Below the pieces are notes generated by a model. It had not been told where the DNA came from. It ran no database searches and saw only the letters and a list, made by a program, of their open reading frames with translations. A DNA stretch of 64,000 nucleotides from IMG/VR virus record IMGVR_UViG_3300024054_000362, positions 124,001 to 188,000 of that record; one strand, given 5' to 3'. Positions 55,599 to 61,079 of the stretch are shown piece after piece (position 1 is the stretch's first letter; the number at the start of each line of letters is the position of its first letter). The position numbers and the translations under genes were made by a program.

Positions 55599-55796
55599 CT
55601 AGCGACGGCGGCGCTTGCGCCAACGCGTGCCGCAGACCTTCGTGCCCCGCGCGGTGCGGATGCAGATCTTGCGACCCTTGCGGCGACCCTTGCGACCGCG
55701 GCGACGGCGACCGACGAGGGTGGGGAGAGCGCCCATGTGGCGACGACGACGGCGGCGACGCTTGCCGAGACCGTCGCCCTGATTCGAGGTGTCCAT
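55599..55796 (-). CDS. protamine-like Arg-rich protein (start may be 55919; possible readthrough to 55539)
   Basis: MDTSNQGDGLGKRRRRRRR... Confidence 0.65.
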   Translation of the reverse strand: MDTSNQGDGLGKRRRRRRRHMGALPTLVGRRRRGRKGRRKGRKICIRTARGTKVCGTRWRKRRRR

Positions 55797-55972
55797 CTTC
55801 TTGGTCCTTGTTGAAGTTGCCCCACAAGTCGGCGACGCCGTCTCGATGGGTGTTTCTTTCAAGAAGATCCCACGAGCGATCGAGGTCGTCAAGATGATCG
55901 CTGCTGCGATCGGTGTCATGGAAGCAGACGCCCAACGGTCACGATTGAAGGTACAGTTACGGCTCCAAACCG

Positions 55973-56680
55973 ATGAAACCGTTCAAACCTGGTAGCGATC
56001 CGCGTAAAGTCTTCAAAGGAGAACACCGCGAACGAAAGCCAACTCGACTGTTCACGTTTGATGACCTTGCTACAGCGGCTGTCGAGGCGCCAGCAACGAC
56101 ACGCAAGAAGCTGCGAACGACGACGAACGCGAGGACCGTAGCGCTCTACATCGTTGACGCACTGGCCCGTGGCTCTGTCCGACTTTCGGACGAAGAAGCT
56201 GTGCAAGCGCTCGCAGGAGCCGCGACGTTGAAGGAATGGCGAGGTCGTTGGCCACGCTTCGATCTATATCGATGCGGCTACCCCGACTGCGTGAACACGC
56301 TCCTCGATGCTGGCCTGTGTGTTAGCCATGGTGGGTCGGCTCGGCCGACCGTGAAGATTGAGGGTGACCACTTCGTGATGTGGACGGGCCGAGCGTACAC
56401 ACCGATCTGTCGGGTGATTTTTGGCGTGATCGATTCGGGTGCGGTCGAGCACATTGATCAGAACAGCTGGAACAACCACCCCGACAACCTCATCGCGCCC
56501 GCCGACGTTCACGTCCGTTCGACGAGACGCAACCGTTGGTCGTATGGCTACGCCGAGCTGGGTGACCTGTTCGGCTTATCGGTCGACGGCACACGACAAG
56601 CTGCGTCGCGTGGACTCTTCGATCCGGCGTCGCTCGACAGCGTGACGAGCTTCTGGTTCCTTCGACAGACCCCGCGTTAG
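55973..56680 (+). CDS. HNH-like/HTH DNA-binding protein
   Basis: VEHIDQNSWNNHPDNL HNH-like motif; CGYPDC...CVSH. Confidence 0.55.
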   Translation: MKPFKPGSDPRKVFKGEHRERKPTRLFTFDDLATAAVEAPATTRKKLRTTTNARTVALYIVDALARGSVRLSDEEAVQALAGAATLKEWRGRWPRFDLYRCGYPDCVNTLLDAGLCVSHGGSARPTVKIEGDHFVMWTGRAYTPICRVIFGVIDSGAVEHIDQNSWNNHPDNLIAPADVHVRSTRRNRWSYGYAELGDLFGLSVDGTRQAASRGLFDPASLDSVTSFWFLRQTPR

Positions 56681-56946
56681 CGCAGGGTCGTATCGTTGCC
56701 CTTGCACTTGCGGCAAATTCGAATCGAAAGACCGCGGTACGCGAAGTAGGTAATCTCCTGCTCGTTCAGGTTGGTCTTGGCGCACTTCAGGCAGAGCTTC
56801 TTCTGCATACCGTGGCGCTCTGCCATCTCGTACGCGGTATGCCACATGCCGATCTTGGTGGCAGCGACAACCGCGTCTCGAACGTTCCTGAGGGTCATCC
56901 CATCGGGGAAGACGTGATCGTCGGGCAGGGACGGTCGTTGCGCCAT
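56677..56946 (-). CDS. zinc-ribbon protein
   Basis: CLKC...CRKC; GGAGG RBS. Confidence 0.6.
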   Translation of the reverse strand: MAQRPSLPDDHVFPDGMTLRNVRDAVVAATKIGMWHTAYEMAERHGMQKKLCLKCAKTNLNEQEITYFAYRGLSIRICRKCKGNDTTLR

Positions 56947-56947
56947 G

Positions 56948-57838
56948 TCACTCTCCTCCCAAGAACGTATCATCGGAAACGATCAGGACCGCCGGTCGAA
57001 GTCCTCGACGTTCAGCGGTAGCACCGACAGCGTGACGTTCGTGGACAGGCGCGATGGTCGCCCAGCTGTAGAGGTCGCGAACGTACTCATGGTCGCTGTT
57101 GGACGCGACGATTGTGGCACCGCGATCGTGTGCGGCACGAAGGGCCGTGGCGAGCGTGACGTGATCGTCGTCGGAGAAGCCTCCCGCCGTGTACTTGTCG
57201 AACGTCTCGTAGTAAGGCGAGTCGGCGTAGACGACGTCACCTGCTTGCGCGGCAGCGATCGTATCTCGGAAATCGGCGTGGCGAACGTCGGCGCCGCGAA
57301 GGGCGTGCGCGACGATCGCCAGGCTTTCGGCGGTGGGAACGCTCGCGCGACTGCGATCACCGCCGTGCGGGACGTTGAACTTGCCCTTGCTGTTTTCACG
57401 GTAGAGACCGTTGAAGCCGAACCGGTTCAGGTACAGGAACCGAGCCGCCGCGAGGACCGGGCTACGCGACTCCTCGGCGCGGATGCGGATGTAGCTCTCT
57501 TTGTCGGTGCCACGATCCACGAGCGTCTTCAGCGCCCACGCGACCGATGCGGAGGTCTTCCGGATCGTCTGATACATCGAGATCAGCGGCTTGCAGTTGT
57601 CGCCGAGCACCATGTCAGGAAGCCCGAGATCGAGCGCGACCGCACCGCCACCGAGGAACGGTTCGACGTAACGTCCTCGGGTGACGGCGAGTCGTGCATG
57701 AATCGCGGGCGCCAAGAGCGGGACCAGCCATCGTTTGCTTCCGACCCACTTGAGTGGCGGGGTGCAGCCGACGCGCGGTGGAAACACGTTCGCTGTGGGA
57801 ACGGTCGATAGCGGGTTGGGCGTTGCGGTCGTCATCAT
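56948..57838 (-). CDS. dam: Dam-like DNA adenine methyltransferase (D12 class)
   Basis: LKWVGSKR, EPFLGGGAV, GFNGLYRENSKGKFNVPHG; motif IV is DSPY rather than DPPY. Confidence 0.9.
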   Translation of the reverse strand: MMTTATPNPLSTVPTANVFPPRVGCTPPLKWVGSKRWLVPLLAPAIHARLAVTRGRYVEPFLGGGAVALDLGLPDMVLGDNCKPLISMYQTIRKTSASVAWALKTLVDRGTDKESYIRIRAEESRSPVLAAARFLYLNRFGFNGLYRENSKGKFNVPHGGDRSRASVPTAESLAIVAHALRGADVRHADFRDTIAAAQAGDVVYADSPYYETFDKYTAGGFSDDDHVTLATALRAAHDRGATIVASNSDHEYVRDLYSWATIAPVHERHAVGATAERRGLRPAVLIVSDDTFLGGE

Positions 57839-57846
57839 AGAGCCCC

Positions 57847-58008
57847 CTAGAGCTGTGCGAACAGGTACAGCGCGAGCACGATCAAGGTCAGCGTGACAGC
57901 GTAGCGTAGAAGCTGTTCGAGTAGACCTGGACTTTGTAGATACGGATCGCTGCTGCGAACGAGCAAGTCGCGCCACAGGTGGTTACGGGTCTCGCGGCTG
58001 AGTTTCAC
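57847..58008 (-). CDS. 53-aa membrane protein (not in the ORF track)
   Basis: GTG overlaps the upstream TGA; C-terminal AVTLTLIVLALYLFAQL. Confidence 0.5.
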   Translation of the reverse strand: MKLSRETRNHLWRDLLVRSSDPYLQSPGLLEQLLRYAVTLTLIVLALYLFAQL

Positions 58009-58307
58009 GTTGCCGAGCCTTCGTAGTCCATGCCGAGCTTTAGCTGGTCACGAAGATCCAGGTAGAAGCTGACCGCGGCACGAACGTCGTCGAAAAATTC
58101 TTCGTCGACAGCCACGCCGTCGGCCCTGTATTGACGCGAGACGCGGAAACGACCGTCTTCGACGCGGTCGATCCAAAAATCTGCGAACAGCTCGATGCCG
58201 AAGCCTGCTGGATGCGTCAAGACAACCGCGAACGCGGCCATGAGCTGCTCGGCTTGGGCACGTTCGCGTTCTGGATCGATGTCAGCCATAGGGCGCCGAA
58301 GGTTCAC
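58005..58307 (-). CDS. hypothetical protein
   Basis: GTGA overlap with tmk. Confidence 0.6.
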   Translation of the reverse strand: MNLRRPMADIDPERERAQAEQLMAAFAVVLTHPAGFGIELFADFWIDRVEDGRFRVSRQYRADGVAVDEEFFDDVRAAVSFYLDLRDQLKLGMDYEGSAT

Positions 58308-58984
58308 CCTCGGAGGACGTCCGTCAACACCTGATCGAGGAGCTTGTCGGTCGGCAAGGTTCCGTCGAGCAGCACCGTGTTGTCGAAGTGCTGGTAGGCG
58401 TACGCCAGGTAGCGAGCGCGCAGTCGCTGTTGGTAGGCGCGGTCTTTCTTCTCATACAGCTCGTTGCGCGTTTCGGCGCGTTTGGCGAAACGTTCCTCCA
58501 TGACTTCGGGCGGGATGTCGATGATGTACACGCGATCCGGACGAAGGAACTGGACGCGCTGCTGGAAGGCGTAGATCGCTTCGACGGGGTACTCCTCGGC
58601 CTGATACACGAGGCCGCTGACCTCGACGAGACGATCGGCGATGATGTAGCAGCCGCGATCGTAGGCGGCTTGGAGGTCCGGATCGCGTTCGACGCGATCG
58701 GCGACTAGTAGATACGCCATCCCGCGCGCGGACACGTGTTCGTGCTTGCTGAACACGCGACGGATCATCTGGCCCGGCGCTGACATCGAACTGGGGAAGT
58801 TGCAGGTGTAGATCCTGTCGGTCGTGACACCTTGCTTGTGCAGCGTCTCGGCGACAGCGCGCGAGAGGGTACTCTTGCCGCTACCGTCAGGGCCCTCGAA
58901 GGCGAGGAAGCGTGCACCGCCAGGGCGTGCCGCGAGGCGCTGTTGATCTTCGTAGTCCATGTGTGCGGTCTTGGTCTCGGTCAT
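58304..58984 (-). CDS. tmk: thymidylate (dTMP) kinase
   Basis: FLAFEGPDGSGKST P-loop; LLVADR; IIADR; PDRVYIID. Confidence 0.9.
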   Translation of the reverse strand: MTETKTAHMDYEDQQRLAARPGGARFLAFEGPDGSGKSTLSRAVAETLHKQGVTTDRIYTCNFPSSMSAPGQMIRRVFSKHEHVSARGMAYLLVADRVERDPDLQAAYDRGCYIIADRLVEVSGLVYQAEEYPVEAIYAFQQRVQFLRPDRVYIIDIPPEVMEERFAKRAETRNELYEKKDRAYQQRLRARYLAYAYQHFDNTVLLDGTLPTDKLLDQVLTDVLRG

Positions 58985-58998
58985 GTTCTTCTCCGAAT

Positions 58999-61065
58999 CT
59001 ATCGTGAGGCTGATGCGAGGAACTTGCCTGCGTCGGCGAGGACTTTCGAAAAGCCGACGAACGGAAGCGAACGGCGCATCATGCCGCCGTACGACTTTGC
59101 GAGGATGCGCGTGTCGAGAAGCACGAACACACCGCGATCCGTCGTACTGCGAATCAGTCGACCGGCACCTTGCGCCAACTCGATGGCGGCGCGCGGGAAG
59201 TAGAAGTCGTCCCAGAAGGTGTCTGGGTGCTTCTGTTTCATCATGTCGACGAGCGGATCGTTGAACGATTCGAGGGGCAGCTTGTCGATCACGAGGCACG
59301 ATAGTGCTTCGCCTTGAATGTCCAGCCCGACCCAAAAGCTCTTAGTCGCGAGGAGGACCGAGTCGGTCTGTTCGCGGAACATGTGCGCGAGGGTCTTGTT
59401 GGGCGCGTCGCCCTGAACCAGCAACGGGTAGTCGATGTTGCCTTGCAACTGCTCCGCGACGTACTTCAGGCGCCGCCACGACGTGAACAGGACGAGCGTG
59501 CGCCCTTTGCAATCACGGATGAGCGTCTTGATCGCTTCAGCGGCCTTCTGGTTGTAGATCGCGTCGTTTTCTGGAATCGGCCACGGGATGCCGAGCGGTA
59601 CGATGAACTTGGCTTGTGTCGCGAAGTTGAAGGGGCTCGGTACACGCACACCGATGACGTTGGCGCCGGGGACGTTGGTGCCGCGTTGGGCGAACTGCCA
59701 GCTGTGCAGCCGGACGTCTTCGTTGCCGGCGTTGACTTTGTCGGTGCCGGGTAAAACCGCTTGGCGGACGAGGCCCAGCTCGTCGCGGATGAAGTCGAAC
59801 GTTCCGCCGCTCGTCATCGTCGCAGACACGCAGATCACCGACGGGTACCGTTCGAAGACGCGCTCGGAAAGATGCTGTCCGACGCGGTATGGGACGGCGC
59901 GAAGCCGGACGGTAGCAGCCGTGACGCGCTGATCGTCGTTTGGCTTGTCGATCCAGTACGCCGTCGTGTCGTTGAGCTGCCCTGCAAATTCCTTGATTTG
60001 GACGACGAACGTCTCAGCACGGTCGCGACAGGACTTTCGCATCGCACACGTTCCACAGAGCGCGGGCGTGTCACATCCACAGCCGCCCTGCGCAGCCCGC
60101 ATCGCATCGTCAAGCACGTCGACGATTTCGATCGTCGCCACGCAATCGACTTCAGCGACGCGGGGTGATTCCATGTTGAGCGCGTAGCGCGCGACGTCTT
60201 CGAAGAAGGGGCTCGCGGTGTCGCGCAACGCCTTGGCGAGTCCGCGATCGCCGAGATACTTCGAGATGTCGGATGCGAGCTGGTTGATGTGGGTCAGGCC
60301 CAGTTCGCGACCGAAACATCGCCGCGCGATGTTGGCAGCCTCGTGAGCCTCATCGAAGATGACGGTCTGGAAGTTCGTCCACGTCGGATCAGTTGTGTGG
60401 AGCAACTTGGAGAAGAACAGGTCGTAGTTGGCGACCACCACGGTGGCGTTCTCTGCGTTGTCGGCGGCGCGTTCGGCGAAGCACGACTCGTAGTAGGCAC
60501 ACGCGCGACGCCCGCAGCGTTCACCAGACACCGAGAAGACGTTCCACGTCCGTTGTGAGACAGCCGGTGGCGCCTCGGACTGATCGCCGGTAGGGGTGGC
60601 TGTTCCCCATGCGCTGAGCGCTTGCGCTTCGATGTTTCCGTCGAGATCGAGTCCCGGAATCGGTGCACCACTGTCGAACATCGCCATCTCGCGCTGGCAG
60701 AGGTAGTTCGCACGGCCCTTGAGGAGCGCGAAACTGAAGTCAATCTCTTCGTCGGCGGCGGCGAAGGCTTTCTCGACGACCGGAAGATCCTTGTCGATCA
60801 GCTGCTCCTGCAGCGCCTTGTTCGCCGTGACGACGAGGACGCGTCGACCCTTGTGGACGGCGTGCCGGATGGCCGGAATCAAGTACGCCATCGTTTTGCC
60901 GGTTCCAGTCGGTGCTTCTCCAAGGAGAACGAGGCGACCTTCGATCGCCTCGTCGACGGCCTGTGCAAGCTGCACTTGACCTTCACGCTTGGAGTACCCC
61001 GGGATCACGGTCGCAAGCGCACCCGTGAAGTCGTCGAACATGTTGTCGATGTAGTTCGTGCTCAT
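58999..61065 (-). CDS. DinG/YoaA family ATP-dependent helicase
   Basis: EAPTGTGKT, LKGRANYLC, DEAH, SAT, LFTS, QGAGRLIRS. Confidence 0.93.
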   Translation of the reverse strand: MSTNYIDNMFDDFTGALATVIPGYSKREGQVQLAQAVDEAIEGRLVLLGEAPTGTGKTMAYLIPAIRHAVHKGRRVLVVTANKALQEQLIDKDLPVVEKAFAAADEEIDFSFALLKGRANYLCQREMAMFDSGAPIPGLDLDGNIEAQALSAWGTATPTGDQSEAPPAVSQRTWNVFSVSGERCGRRACAYYESCFAERAADNAENATVVVANYDLFFSKLLHTTDPTWTNFQTVIFDEAHEAANIARRCFGRELGLTHINQLASDISKYLGDRGLAKALRDTASPFFEDVARYALNMESPRVAEVDCVATIEIVDVLDDAMRAAQGGCGCDTPALCGTCAMRKSCRDRAETFVVQIKEFAGQLNDTTAYWIDKPNDDQRVTAATVRLRAVPYRVGQHLSERVFERYPSVICVSATMTSGGTFDFIRDELGLVRQAVLPGTDKVNAGNEDVRLHSWQFAQRGTNVPGANVIGVRVPSPFNFATQAKFIVPLGIPWPIPENDAIYNQKAAEAIKTLIRDCKGRTLVLFTSWRRLKYVAEQLQGNIDYPLLVQGDAPNKTLAHMFREQTDSVLLATKSFWVGLDIQGEALSCLVIDKLPLESFNDPLVDMMKQKHPDTFWDDFYFPRAAIELAQGAGRLIRSTTDRGVFVLLDTRILAKSYGGMMRRSLPFVGFSKVLADAGKFLASASR

Positions 61066-61079
61066 GCTGCTCCCCTAGT

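Noticed and set aside
55866-55911. GATCGC-N4-GCGATC copy (55896) and a degenerate copy (55866) upstream of the Arg-rich operon
   Set aside because: No TAnnnT at 4-5 nt on either strand, and the sequence may simply encode IAAAI if the ORF starts at 55919. Not counted among the promoters, though it could be a binding site.
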